From the human T2T-CHM13v2.0 reference genome, Homo sapiens: 64,000 nt of DNA. Position numbers and translations under genes: made by a program. The stretch is taken from NCBI GenBank assembly GCA_009914755.4, contig CP068257.2, forward strand, positions 43,808,001 to 43,872,000. The letters are read 5' to 3'. The notes beneath the pieces were generated by a model. The model ran no database searches and was not told the DNA's origin. It was given only the letters and a program-made list of their open reading frames with translations. Positions 24,746-38,832 of this stretch are shown piece after piece; positions within the stretch are counted from its first letter, which is position 1; each line of letters begins with the position of its first letter.

Positions 24746-25779
24746 CCTCTGTCTGAGGGGGATGTGACCGCTGGCCCCCAGAGCCCAGGCTCAGCCCGTT
24801 GGGACCCCTCTGCCCCTGGCCCAGACTGTGGCTGCAAAGCCCGGGCTCTGCCTGGCACGGCAGGTGTGCTGGGAAGTCACTCTGAGCAGGGTCTGCCCTT
24901 GAGTGGGTGCTGCCCCCCTCCCGTGGGCAGGAAACGAGGTGTGAGAACTCTGGGCACCGGGGCTGCGTCCTGGCTTGGGCTCCCTGGGCGAGGGATGGAC
25001 AGGGCTCCTTCTGACCCTGGGCTACTGAGTCGAAGTGAAGTCAAGCTCCGCCTGGGCAGGAATGAGTGGAGTGAGTCACCCGGCGCTGTGGGGCATTTGC
25101 ACGGAGCAGCGGGGCTGGTGGGGAGACTGTGGCACGTTGGCAGGTACGTCAGGCATGCAGCCCCTCCAAGGGGTGATTGTGGCCCCGAGGGGAATCAGCA
25201 TGGGGGGGATGGGGAGATACAGCTTGTCCTTGCCACATGAAGCACCTGGCCCAGCAGGTGAGCCGGTGACCGACAGCGCTGGGTGAAATCCCGCACCGTG
25301 TCCTCAGATGCCACGTGGAACCCCAGCTGAGGCAGCCACTCTGGGCGACGCCCCGTAGCCGAGGCTTCGAAGAACACTGGGGTGTGGGGTCAGCCTCCCT
25401 CCTTCCCTGTGGTGGAACTGTGGCTTCACAGTGGAGGCCAGGCTGGGGTGCCGGCCTGGGCTGCTCCAGCAGGGTCAGAGTGGGCGGGCAGGGCACAGGG
25501 CCGGGCGGGAAGGCTGCCAGCCCCAGCCCCTCACAGCTCCTTGCCCCAGCGGGGGTGCCGGCCAGTCCCTGGTCCCTTCTCCCCACTGGCTCTGCCCATC
25601 AATGCTCAAAGCATGGAAGGGGAAGCCTGTGGACACCATGTCTGCTGTGCCCATCCCTGCTCAAAGCATGGAAGGGGGCCTGTGGACACCATGTCCCGTG
25701 CAGACACCATGTCTCCTGCAGACACCATGTCCCCTGCACACAGGTTTCTGCATGGAGCCTGCCTGTCGTTTGGGAATGA

Positions 25780-26868
<1,089 letters not shown>

Positions 26869-28147
26869 TGACCCCGTGACCCAGAGACACCCCCAGGCCT
26901 GTGCCAAGCCCTGTGGTGAAGTGGGGCTCCCGGCCTCTGACCGGCCGGTCGGGTAAGTGGGGACCGAGTCCAGGCCCAGCCACACGCCTCGTGGCCCCAT
27001 GCAGAATGAAAGCTGGGGTCCTTGTTGAAAACGATGAACGATCCAAAGCTGGCGGCAGCAGGGTGTTGATCCCAGCAGGGTTCTCCTGTGGTAGCTGCAC
27101 ACCCGCTGGGACCAGGGGCTCAGGGCGGCCCTGCAGGTCAGCACCTTTAACAAAGGGTGCAGCAACCCACGCCTGTGAGACTCCACTTTGGAGCACGTGG
27201 TGGGAGTCCCCCAGCGGTGAACGCACGTGGCCGCCTCCACCTGAGTCTCCGGGAAGTCCCTCCAGTGGGCCTTCATTTCTTGGGGTTGGGGGGGTGGACA
27301 GATCCCTAAACCCATGTGGGGTCTGTGTCCAAAGCCCCTGCATTTCTGGGAACCTTTGGCTGGGAACAGCCACATGGGTGACCTCAGCTGGCACTGTCTC
27401 ACAAGTCCCTGAATTCTAGCATTCAAGCTGGCCTGCAGCTGGACGCCCCTGCCCTGGCGGGCCGCAGGGGACAGAAGGTTAATTATTGCCCAGACAAGGG
27501 CTGTTTGTTTGAAGTTGTTCTAAGTCCTGGTGTCTGGGGGTTCTGAAAGCTGACTTTTCACCTTTGGCAGGAACTTTTAACCCTCAGAGCTCAGGAGCCG
27601 CTAGGACGTTGACACCAAACTGGGCCTCTTTGTTTTCCTCTTGATCACAAACATGATTACCGGGAAAGAAGTCAGAGTCACCCCCTCCAGTGAGAGGCAA
27701 TTTGTTGTGTGAGTCCCCAGCCGTTTCTTGGTGGAATAAAGTGGCCCACAAGTGCCGTACATCTTTAACACTGTTAGGAAAAGCGGCTGAGTGCCGAGAG
27801 CTCGGTACGTGGGTGCACAGCTGTGCCCCGATGGTGCTAGGGAGAGCCGGGCCACCGCCCTGCGGTGAGGGCCTCCTCATCAGCGAAGTCCCGTGTGTAG
27901 GAAGAGGGGGTCTGGGTGTTTAATTTTGCATTTCTTGGACTGTGAAGATAGACTTTCATTTTGTCACTTGTTTATTGTCTGTTTGTATTTCTTCCTTTGT
28001 GACTGACCGGTTTATGTTCTTTGTGGTTTTCAATGGGCCCAACTCTCAGTGATTTATACAAACTCCTTATCTTTAAAAGAAACTTCTCTTTGGTTTTGCA
28101 TGCTGCAGATTTTATTTCTACCATGTCATTTGCCTTTTTACCTTGTC

Positions 28148-28512
<365 letters not shown>

Positions 28513-28639
28513 GATTTGATGTGTTTATGTGGTTAAATCTGGCCTGGAGAAGACACCATGACTTACAACAGCCCAGTGAAACCTTGGAAGGTCAGAGAGC
28601 TGGAACAGGAGGGAGCTAGAGGGCCCTGGGTCTGGCCCT

Positions 28640-28940
28640 GGGCTGGGGCTGGGGCCCTGCTGGGCGTGGGTGGCGTGCAGCAGGCCGTGTGCTGCTGGGC
28701 GTGGGTGGCGCGCTACAGGCTTCGTGCTGCTGGGCCTGGGTGGCGTGCTACGGGCTTGTGCTGCTGGGTGTGGGTGGCGCGCTACGGGCCTTGTGCTGCT
28801 GGGCCTGGGTGGCGCGCTACGGGCCGTGTGCTGCTGGGCCTGGGTGGCGCACTACGGGCCTTGTGCTGCTGGGCGTGGGTGGCGTGCAGCAGGCCGTGTG
28901 CTGCTGGGCGTGGGTGGCGCGCTATGGGCCGTGTGCTGAG
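28640..28940. repeat. GC-rich minisatellite, ~35-bp unit x ~9 (gtgctgctgggcctgggtggcgcgctacgggcctt)
   Basis: The anchor 'gtgctgctggg' recurs at 34-35 bp spacing. Confidence 0.9.
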
Positions 28941-29440
28941 GGCTGTGTTGGTTGATCTCTGTGTCAGGTCCCTGCAGGCCTCAGGTGTCAGGAACTTTCT
29001 CTTTGGGTCTTAGATGAGATTCCAGCTGGGGAGAGGAGAAGCATGCTTGTGTGGTAGAAAAGAAGACAGACTTGTTCAGCACAAGATTTTCTCAGACTTC
29101 TGAATTGAGATACTTGGGAAAGAAACATTCAAGTTGTGTGACTCATAATTTTTGGCAGAAACAAGCACAGAGCTTTGGGAGCAGGGAGGAAACCGAGGCT
29201 TCCTCCTCCTCAGCCTCTCCACAAGACTGCATCGACCCTGGCGCTGCCACAGATGGTGCCTGGGACCCCCGGCCGCAGCTGGGTCCAACAGAGCCCTCCG
29301 GAGCATTGGTTGTGTTCCTCGTCCTAAGAGTCCTTGGGCGTTGTTGGTCTTTTCAGGTTCACTTTCTTGAGTCAGGTTTGTCAGTGGTCGTCTCCCGGGA
29401 AATCATGCACCCCTCCCAGCTGCTGCCGTTGCCTTGAACG

Positions 29441-29506
29441 TCATTTCCAGCTGTGTCCTGATTTCCAGCTGTGTCCTGATTTCCAGCTGTGTCCTGATTT
29501 CCAGGG
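29441..29506. repeat. Tandem repeat, 18-bp unit x 3.6 (ttccagctgtgtcctgat)
   Basis: Direct reading. Confidence 0.9.
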
Positions 29507-29654
29507 CGCTGAGGCTGCAGCGTGTCGGGAAGCATTTTACATGCTCTTCCCTCACAGAATTCCTGTGAGCTCTGTTTCAGGTGTCTCCGGATTTCATAAC
29601 TTTCAGTCCGAAGTCCCTTAAATATTTACAATGGGCCTGTGGCTTTTGCACTAG

Positions 29655-30240
<586 letters not shown>

Positions 30241-31624
30241 GAAGCGCAGTTTTCTAGAATTCAACCCCAGCTCCTCCCTGGGCCTGACCTGGGGGCTCCT
30301 GAATGTGAAGGCTCAGCTGCTGGGCTGCTGCCCCACCCCCACGCAGTAGGTCCTGGTGGACGGTGGACCCTGGACCCCACGGTGCTGCCCCTGGCCGACC
30401 TGGGGGCACTGTAGGCAACGCCCTCCCCCGCAGTGTGACACTGAGAGCCGCTGGTGCGCTCTGTGAGGCTGAGAACCGCTGGTGCGTTTTGTGGGAAACC
30501 TGTGGGAAACCCAGGGGGCCCACAGGGTCCACACCCCCCCACGCATGAGCTCACACGCGTGCATACGTGATCTCATGTTTGCACACATGTGTCCATGCAG
30601 ATGCATGCTCTCACGCACATGTGCCCACACACTCAGCACTCACACCCCGTCCTGCAGGCTCAGCCCCACTCCTGAGCCACCTGCCTGGGCTTTGGGGGCC
30701 CAGCCGGCATGGGGAGCCCCAGGCTCCAGCTGGCCTCGCTTGGCTCTGAAATCTAGGCCAGGATGCAGAACCCGCAGTGCGGCCAGTGGAGCCCCTGGTA
30801 CTGTGCGCAGCCCCCACCTGGCAGCCCCTTTTCCTGTCAAAGCCCCTCCCAGCGTCCTCTCCCCACCAGGCAAGCTGCCCGCTTGAGGCTTAGGACGTTG
30901 CGCCCTCCTGTGTCCTTGCCCAGCATCCCCGGCCTGCATCTCACCAGGCACCGCCGGCCGCGCCAGGGCCCGAGAGGGCAGGGTCAGGCACCCTGGCACT
31001 CAGCCCAGGACTGAAGATGCCAGAGGGAGCGGTGGGTAGGTGGGTGAGTGAGTGAGATTGGGTCCGGACGGAATGGGCGCAGAGATCCAGGAAACTCCCC
31101 CACATCTGCGGCGTTTCTGTCCTTGGCTTCTGGGTTTTGTTTTTGATGAAAAGGTGAAGTTCAAAGAAAGCAAAGCCATGGTGCCACCTCGGTTGGTCCG
31201 AGTCGGGAGATGAGGCCGCCTGGTGCTTGCGTAAAGCTCCCGGGACTTGGGGTTGGGGGACTTGACCTGCAGCCCCTCGAATCTGCCCGCCCTCCCAGGC
31301 CTTGGATCGAGCCACACCTGCTGTGGTTCTAAACCCGTAGCCCTCAGGTGGCCCATCAGCTGCCTCAGATGAGCCAAGTCTGAGGGAGCAGCCTCCGCCC
31401 AGCCGGGTGCTTTCCACATGAAAGCGCCCAGGACGCCCCTGGGTCTCACCACTTCTTCCTACCATGAGGCATACCGCACCCCCAGGGAGGCTGCCCGAGA
31501 CCCCTTCCCTCTCCGAGACTCTCCTGCCCTTTGTGGGCCCCCCGAAATCTGGAGCTCAAGCAGCACCGGGGTTGCCACTGCCACCTCAGGACCGCTGGTG
31601 ACCCCTTTCTCTGTCTGCATTTAG

Positions 31625-31711
31625 GGGGTGATCGCTGAGCTGAAGGTGCGCAGGGACCCCCAGGTGAGCCCCATGCACTGCCTGGACGAGGAAGGCGATG
31701 ACTCAGATGGG
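31625..31711 (+). CDS. COL18A1: COL18A1 exon 5 (87 bp, phase 0-0): [29 protein letters not shown]
   Basis: The acceptor ctgcatttag|GGGGTG and donor GATGGG|gtgagtgac. It continues in frame from the DPDKFQ that ends exon 4. Confidence 0.88.
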
Positions 31712-31974
31712 GTGAGTGACATCTGGGGCACGGGTGGGGTCTCCCCTCAATCCCTGGCACGCGGAGTTCAGGGCCAAGGTCTATGACAGGAAAAGTCCCA
31801 AAATATACCACTTGGGGCACTGGGAAGCTGCGATACCATTTCTGTGCTCTCCTGTAGCACCTCAGAGCCCTTCCTTGCCCTGAACTTTCCCATAAAAACA
31901 AATACAAAGCATGATATAAACACCAGAAACCACCCTCCATGGCAGCTGGTGAGACAGAGGATGTGAGGCAGCTC

Positions 31975-32340
31975 AGCAAAGTGTGTGTGTGTGTGTCTGT
32001 GTCTGTGTGGTGTGTCTCTGTGTCTTGTGTGGTGTGTCTCTGTGGTGTGTCTGTCTTGTGTGTTGTGTGTGGATGTGTGTGTGTCTGTGTGGTGTGTCTG
32101 TCTTGTGTGTTGTGTGTGTTGTATGTGTGTCTCTGGTGTGTCTGTCTTGTGTGTCGTGTGTGTCTGTGGTGTGTCTCTGTGTGTAGTGTGTCTCTGTGTG
32201 TGGTGTGTCTCTGTGTGTGTGGTGTGTCTCTGTGGTGTGTCTGTCTTGTGTGTTGTGTCTGCATGTCTGCATGGTGCGTGTGTCTCTGTGTCTGTGTCTG
32301 TGTGTTGTGTGGCGTGTGTGTTGGTGGGGTGTGTGGAATC
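31975..32340. repeat. GT-rich minisatellite ('gtgtgtctctgtggtgtgtctgtcttgtgtgttgtgt'-like units)
   Basis: Visible as GT-rich reiteration about 260 bp downstream of exon 5. It gives Cys/Val/Leu and His/Thr pseudo-ORFs. Confidence 0.85.
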
Positions 32341-32430
32341 ACGTGGTACCCAAGGGGAGAATCCCCCAGCCCCAGGTGTGAGGAACAGCAGGGACTTCTC
32401 ACTCAGGGGCCCAGATCACAACATGCCCCA

Positions 32431-32795
32431 CGTGAACATGGACCCACAGCCTCGCTCCTGGGGGCGTGGGCAGGAGACGCCGTGGACGTGGACCCACAGC
32501 CTCGCTCCTGGGGGCGTGGGCAGGAGACGCCGTGGACGTGGACCCACAGCCTCGCTCCTGGGGGCGTGGGCAGGAGACGCCGTGGACGTGGACCCACAGC
32601 CTCGCTCCTGGGGGCGTGGGCAGGAGACGCCGTGGACGTGGACCCACAGCCTCGCTCCTGGGGGCGTGGGCAGGAGACGCCGTGGACGTGGACCCACAGC
32701 CTCGCTCCTGGGGGCGTGGGCAGGAGACGCCGTGGACGTGGACCCACAGCCTCGCTCCTGGCGGCGTGGGCAGGAGACACCGTGGCTGGACTGTG
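32431..32795. repeat. Tandem repeat, 50-bp unit x ~7 (gacccacagcctcgctcctgggggcgtgggcaggagacgccgtggacgtg)
   Basis: The anchor 'gacccacagc' recurs every 50 bp. The ORF track shows a 50-aa periodic pseudo-protein. Confidence 0.9.
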
Positions 32796-33039
32796 GGCAG
32801 TGTGTGAACATCCATGTTACTTTCATGCTTTTTCTTTATTTTGCCCAATAAGCCCGTTGTTTTTGCCTGGAACATGCCAGAAGACGCCAGATCGTTCACA
32901 TGGCGGCCATGACAAGGCTGCGCCCTGGGACAGCTTGCTGGGTGCGGGGGGTCGCCGAGGCGCCGCACCCCTCCCCTGGCCTGTCTTGCCCTCAGGGGTC
33001 AGTAGCGGTCCCTGAGGATGTTTCTCCTCCGGGTTTTCC

Positions 33040-34450
33040 TGAAGTTTAAAACATCCAGCCGCCTTGGCGCGTGTTCGGCCCAGCCGGGCGTGCGCTGGGG
33101 AAACCTGTGCGGGGAGCATCTGCGGTGCGGCCTCCTCCAGGGCAGGGCTCTGGCCAGAAGAGAGGAGCGCGTTCCCCCTCCCGCCTCCGCATGTCTGACC
33201 ACCGGCCGAGGCAGGTTCAGAAGCGTCACTGTCCTCGACCCGATTGGACACGACTTACTGAAGCTCAGATGGTGCCTGGGCAGGGAAGGCCAGCGTGCCC
33301 ACCCCAGCGGCCCCCCGGAGAGCACCAGAGAGGGCTGGACGAGGCGAGAGGGGGCCTGGAGGAGGCGAGAGCAGCGTCCTTTGCTTCCCAGGCCTGCCGG
33401 GCTCGGGGCCTGGCCTGGCTGCCATCTCTCCAGCCTTTCCCTTTTCAAACTCCTCAGGCATCCGGAGACTCTGGCAGCGGGCTCGGGGACGCCCGGGAGC
33501 TTCTCAGGGAGGAGACGGTGAGTAGCCGGACGGGGCCCAGCCCACGCTGCAGGGTCCCGGGAGAGCCCCTCCCAGCAGTGGGGTGACACGTGCACACGCA
33601 GGTGTGGCTCCAAGAGCTCCCTCTATGCCACGAAGACATATTCCTGGCTGGGGACAGGGATGCTGGGCTGGGCAGACGCTCGGAGCCTGGGCACAGGCCC
33701 CGCTCCGGCCCTGCCTGGCCGCCGCGTGTCTCTGGTGAGAGGATATTCCTTTAAAACGAGGTCCTGCCCTGCACACTCCTTGGTCTTCGAGGCAACCTTG
33801 GCCTTCCCTTCGCCCCATCCCTCCGTTAGCTCGTGCGTGGCCATCAGGGAATGAACGCGTGTGTGAGCCTGACGACCAGGAGGAGAAGGCGGCGCAGGGA
33901 GCGCGCGGAAGGCTTTCCCCAGCTCGGGCCACCTGAGAAAACACAGGAGGGGCGGGGAGTGGGGAGGCCCCAGCCGCGGGACTGAGGCGCGGTGCTGTCC
34001 GTGAGAGACGGGTGCGGGAACGTGTTCCCTGCGGGGACCCTCTGCAGATTCACATCAGCTTCCCAGCATGGCCTGTCGGGCGCCGGGAGGCCTCTGTGGT
34101 GACGGCAGGCGCGGTCCTGGGTCCTGGGGAGCCGGGGAGCCCACAGGCGGCCACACCCCTGCGGCCCACGGAAGGAAGCCCCTCGCGCACGGCCCTGGAG
34201 CACCCTCCTGTTTCAGAGGATTTTTCTTTATCTTTCTTGCGATCTTAAGTATTTCATTTCACAAACCAAGCAAGTCTCCACCGGGCATCTGCCGGCCGAA
34301 TAACAGGCCACCTCCCCTCTCGTCCTCCAGGGCGCGGCCCTAAAACCCAGGCTCCCCGCGCCACCCCCCGTCACCACGCCACCCTTGGCTGGAGGCAGCA
34401 GCACGGAAGATTCCAGAAGTGAAGAAGTCGAGGAGCAGACCACGGTGGCT
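33040..34450. promoter_or_regulatory. COL18A1: Intragenic CpG island-like region spanning exons 6 and 7
   Basis: High G+C content with dense CpG, for example 'ggcgcgtgttcggcccagccgggcgtgcgctgg', 'cgcggaaggc' and 'ccgcgccaccccccgtcaccacgcc'. This is called by eye; no observed/expected CpG ratio was computed. Confidence 0.5.
33458..33517 (+). CDS. COL18A1: COL18A1 exon 6 (60 bp): ASGDSGSGLGDARELLREET
   Basis: The acceptor ctcctcag|GCATCC and donor GAGACG|gtgagtagc, in frame with exon 5. Confidence 0.85.
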
Positions 34451-34460
34451 TCGTTAGGAG
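34331..34460 (+). CDS. COL18A1: COL18A1 exon 7 (130 bp, ends in phase 1): [43 protein letters not shown](A)
   Basis: The acceptor cgtcctccag|GGCGCG and donor TTAGGAG|gtaagctc. The trailing G pairs with the CT that opens exon 8, giving Ala. Confidence 0.85.
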
Positions 34461-34474
34461 GTAAGCTCTTTTCT

Positions 34475-34897
34475 GGATGTGGTGTGTGTGTGGTGTGGGG
34501 TGTGTGTGGTGTGTAACGTGTGTGTGTGTGATGGTGAGGTATGTGTGTGATGTAGGGTGTGTGTAGTGTGTGGTGTATATGGTACATGTGTGTGTGATAT
34601 GGCACGTGTTTGTGTGAAATATATGGCAGGTGTTTGATGTGTGGTGTGTGATGTGCATGTTTGTGACGTGTGATGTTTATGTGATGTGTATGTAGTGTGT
34701 ATGGTGCATGCATGTGGGCGTGTGTGTGTGCAGTGTGTGGTGTGTGTATTGTGTGTGGTGTGGTGTGTGTGTTGCGTGTAGTGTACGTGTGTGGTGTGCA
34801 GTGCATGTTGTGTTGTATGTGATGTGTAGTGTGCGTATTGTGTGTATGTGTGTGATGTGCATGTGTAATGTACATGTGTGTGATGTGTATTATGTGT

Positions 34898-34929
<32 letters not shown>

Positions 34930-34935
34930 GCAGGT
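34475..34935. repeat. GT-rich minisatellite/microsatellite ((GT)n with interspersed gtgtggtgtg and atgtg blocks), starting 14 nt after the exon 7 donor
   Basis: Directly visible. It ends in a near-pure (GT)15 at 34900-34930. Confidence 0.9.
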
Positions 34936-35360
34936 GGGGAGATGCCGAGGCCCGGATGGTGGCTCTGGGTACAGGCTCTGGGTGTTCACTGTGCTTCTCT
35001 TGCAGGATTTCTGTTGGTTTTCATTTTTATTTTAAGTAAAAGTTAAGAGGGAAAAAGGAAAAGGGACAAAGCATGCTGGGTGATAAGAAGGCATTCTGGG
35101 GGGCCAGGGTCTCTTGTAACAAATTCAGGAAGCATCTCCCAGGTTTCAGCTGTCATCGGCTTAGATGGCCACACCGGCCTCACTGTTGATTTTAAATTCT
35201 GTCTCCCTGTTGCCTTTGCCTGGGAGCTGGAGCTCAGGGGAGTGCGGCCTGAGGCTGGGGATCTGACAGTGTCCAGCCGGGCTCCAGGACTGAAAGCGTT
35301 TGGGCTGCCGGGGCCGTCTGGGGTGCCGAGAGCAGAGCTGGGGCCACCCGGGGGGCGTGA

Positions 35361-35498
<138 letters not shown>

Positions 35499-35727
35499 TG
35501 AACCAGAGCACCTGTGGCCTTTTGGGCCACTCACTGGTGAGCCCTGATGAAGCCCCTCTGTGCCCGTGCCTCCTTTGTGCCCAGCACTCGGTGCCAGCAT
35601 GCGTCCACCCTGCGTGTCCACTGTGGGAAGCAGCCCAGCCTGGGACTCTGGAGGGCGCAGCGGGACACGTGGGCAGGGTGTGTGGGGCCCCACCCCAGCC
35701 CGAGCCCTGTGTTCTGTTTATTCCCAG

Positions 35728-35943
35728 GGCGGCCTGAAGGGGCAGAAAGGGGAGCCAGGTGTTCCGGGCCCACCTGGCCGGGCAGGCCCCCCAGGATCCC
35801 CATGCCTACCTGGTCCCCCGGGTCTCCCGTGCCCAGTGAGTCCCCTGGGTCCTGCAGGCCCAGCGTTGCAAACTGTCCCCGGACCACAAGGACCCCCAGG
35901 GCCTCCGGGGAGGGACGGCACCCCTGGAAGGGACGGCGAGCCG
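35728..35943 (+). CDS. COL18A1: COL18A1 exon 9 (216 bp): start of the collagenous domain, [72 protein letters not shown]
   Basis: The acceptor tttattcccag|GGCGGC and donor GAGCCG|gtgagtcc, with Gly-X-Y periodicity. Confidence 0.9.
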
Positions 35944-36304
35944 GTGAGTCCTCACGTCCCCCCGAGTCCGGCCCGGTCTGGAGGGTGGGGGCTTGGGTAG
36001 GAGGGGGAGAGGCTGCGGCCGACATGGGAGTGAGCTGAGCTGGGATCGGGGCAGGTCAGCAGCCTCCTTAGGCCCACCGTTGCTCGGGGTTGGTGCTGGA
36101 AGGTGGTCAGACGTGGGAGGCGGAGCTGCTCAGACACAGCCCTTGTGGGTGTGAGGAGGCTCCTGGCGCGGGTGCGAGGACATCGGGGGAAGGCGTCTGC
36201 CGCCTCGTGGGGACTTGGAGCGTGGGGTGCATTTCCACGTAGACACTGTAGGTGGCGCCGGAGGAGTCATTTCCCATCACTAATGGCTTCTCTTGCACAC
36301 CCAG

Positions 36305-36331
36305 GGCGACCCCGGTGAAGACGGAAAGCCG
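36305..36331 (+). CDS. COL18A1: COL18A1 exon 10 (27-bp micro-exon): GDPGEDGKP
   Basis: cacacccag|GGCGACCCCGGTGAAGACGGAAAGCCG|gtgagtct. Confidence 0.85.
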
Positions 36332-37024
36332 GTGAGTCTGCTTTTCTTTCTGACCCCTGTGTTATCTGTGATGTTTGCTTAGACCCCAGGGCTTTGTTGC
36401 CAGTGACACTCTTTTTAAACGCGACCCAGTGAGGAGACTGTACAGCAAAACCATTTTGAAAGTGGAATTTTGTAAAGAAAAGATGAGTGTAACTGTTGAT
36501 GGGAAATAGCAGTTATGCATTTGTGTTGAGACATTTGGGCCACAACTACCATGAAGAAGGAAAGGAAGTGAGAAAAGGCAGAGCTTCCAAACCCTTAGAG
36601 GGAAGACGCACAGCAAAGAAAAAGGAAGTCGGGCGGGGCAGGGGGTGGTGCAAGTCGGCGGGGGAGGGAAGCACGGGGCGACCTGAGACTCTGTGAAGTC
36701 CGAGCTTCGTCGCAAAACACGCAGTTCAGTCTTTAAAAATCAGCAAACACCGTTTCCAAGCACAGTAATGACGTGATCGACTGCGAATAAAGACCTGGGA
36801 ACAGCCTGCCCAGCAAATGGTAACACTCGGCAGAAAGTGGGGCCGTCACGAACGCTGGACAGGAGGGTTCAAGTTAAAAACAGTCTAGAAGGTCTGAAAG
36901 GACAGGGAGGGCATCTCATGGTGCCCACCGAACGGTCATTACCGACCGCCTGGCACCCCACAGCCAAGCTGCCTGCGATGAGGACCACGGCAGACAAAGG
37001 ACAGTCGGCTGGGGGGCGGCACGG

Positions 37025-37600
37025 GGCCCACCCACTGCAACAGGGTACACGCACGCGTGTGTGTGAGTGTGGGGTGATGATCCACGGGGCCCACCCACAG
37101 GGCACACACACGTGTGTATGTATGTGCATGTTTGAGTGTGTGAATGTGTGACTGCGCGTGTGTGTGGGGGTGAGGATCCACATGTACACATACCACACAT
37201 GCACACACAGCACATATCACACACCACACATTACACACCACACGTGGACACATGCACACACATTACACACGTGTGCACACACCACACATTACACCACACG
37301 TGGATACACTTGCATACACACACTACACACACGTGTGTGCGCACACACCACAGGTGGACGCATGCACACATGCTACACGCACGTGCACACATCACACGTG
37401 GACACATGCACACACACCACACATTACACATACCACACGTGGATACACACATACACATACCACGTGTGCACACATGTGCACACCATGGATTATGCACACC
37501 ATACATGCACATTCACACATCACACATACATATCACACATGTACACACCACACTCCTCACACACACACCATGCATACCACACACACACACACGTATGTAA
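37025..37600. repeat. CA-rich low-complexity tract (cacacatg / acacacca units) in the intron upstream of exon 11
   Basis: Directly visible. The His/Thr-rich pseudo-ORFs 37136..38021 derive from it. Confidence 0.85.
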
Positions 37601-37812
37601 CACCCAAGCACCAGCTGTTGTGGAGGCCTTCGGGGAACCTGCTGTGACCTCCCGAGGGATGCTGCCCGCAGCTTCCCCCAGGCGTGGCTGGCGAAATGGG
37701 CTCAGGCGGGAGACAGTCTGCTGGGCCTGGCGCCCTCCTACTTTCCGGGCCCCAGAGACTCCCCTGAAGGGCTCAGCTCCCGTCCGTCCCCTGCTTGGGG
37801 GAGGAGCACTGA

Positions 37813-38244
<432 letters not shown>

Positions 38245-38440
38245 TGAGCTGAGGGGTCACAGGTGTGGTGGGAACCCCCATCCACCTGCCTTCAGGCTTC
38301 TCTGGGGGCAGCAGAGGGGCCGTGGTTTCTCAGCTCCTTGTAGAAACAGCTCGATATGCAGCTTGCGGGGCAGGGGCCAGGAGTAGGCCAGGCGGGGGGC
38401 CGAGCTCAGGGCAACGTGTCTCTCCGGCTCTTTTCCTCAG

Positions 38441-38494
38441 ACCTTCATTGACATGGAGGGATCTGGCTTCGGGGGCGATCTGGAGGCCCTGCGG
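38441..38494 (+). CDS. COL18A1: COL18A1 exon 13 (54 bp): non-collagenous interruption TFIDMEGSGFGGDLEALR
   Basis: cttttcctcag|ACCTTCATT...GCCCTGCGG|gtgagtggc. Confidence 0.85.
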
Positions 38495-38673
38495 GTGAGT
38501 GGCCCTTAAACTGCAGCGCTGCCCGATGTCTGTGCCCATGAGGAACAGGCCATGGACCCCCAAGATTCAGCTGGGGTCCTGTGGGGGGTGGGGATGAGGC
38601 CCGTTTTGGGGGTGGTGGTCATCCCTGGTGGGTGCCACATGGGCTGTGACTATCTGTGTTCGCCCACGTCCAG

Positions 38674-38832
38674 GGTCCTCGAGGCTTCCCTGGACCTCCC
38701 GGACCCCCCGGTGTCCCAGGCCTGCCCGGCGAGCCAGGCCGCTTTGGGGTGAACAGCTCCGACGTCCCAGGACCCGCCGGCCTTCCTGGTGTGCCTGGGC
38801 GCGAGGGTCCCCCCGGGTTTCCTGGCCTCCCG
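38674..38832 (+). CDS. COL18A1: COL18A1 exon 14 (159 bp): [53 protein letters not shown]
   Basis: ccacgtccag|GGTCCTCGA...GGCCTCCCG|gtaagtcct. Confidence 0.88.

Noticed and set aside
31446-33015. ORFs of 318 aa (-) and 358 aa (+), plus several Cys/Val-rich ORFs
   Set aside because: They are translations of the GT-rich minisatellite (31975-32340) and the 50-bp tandem array (32431-32795). The pseudo-proteins show 50-residue periodicity and Cys/Val-rich low complexity.
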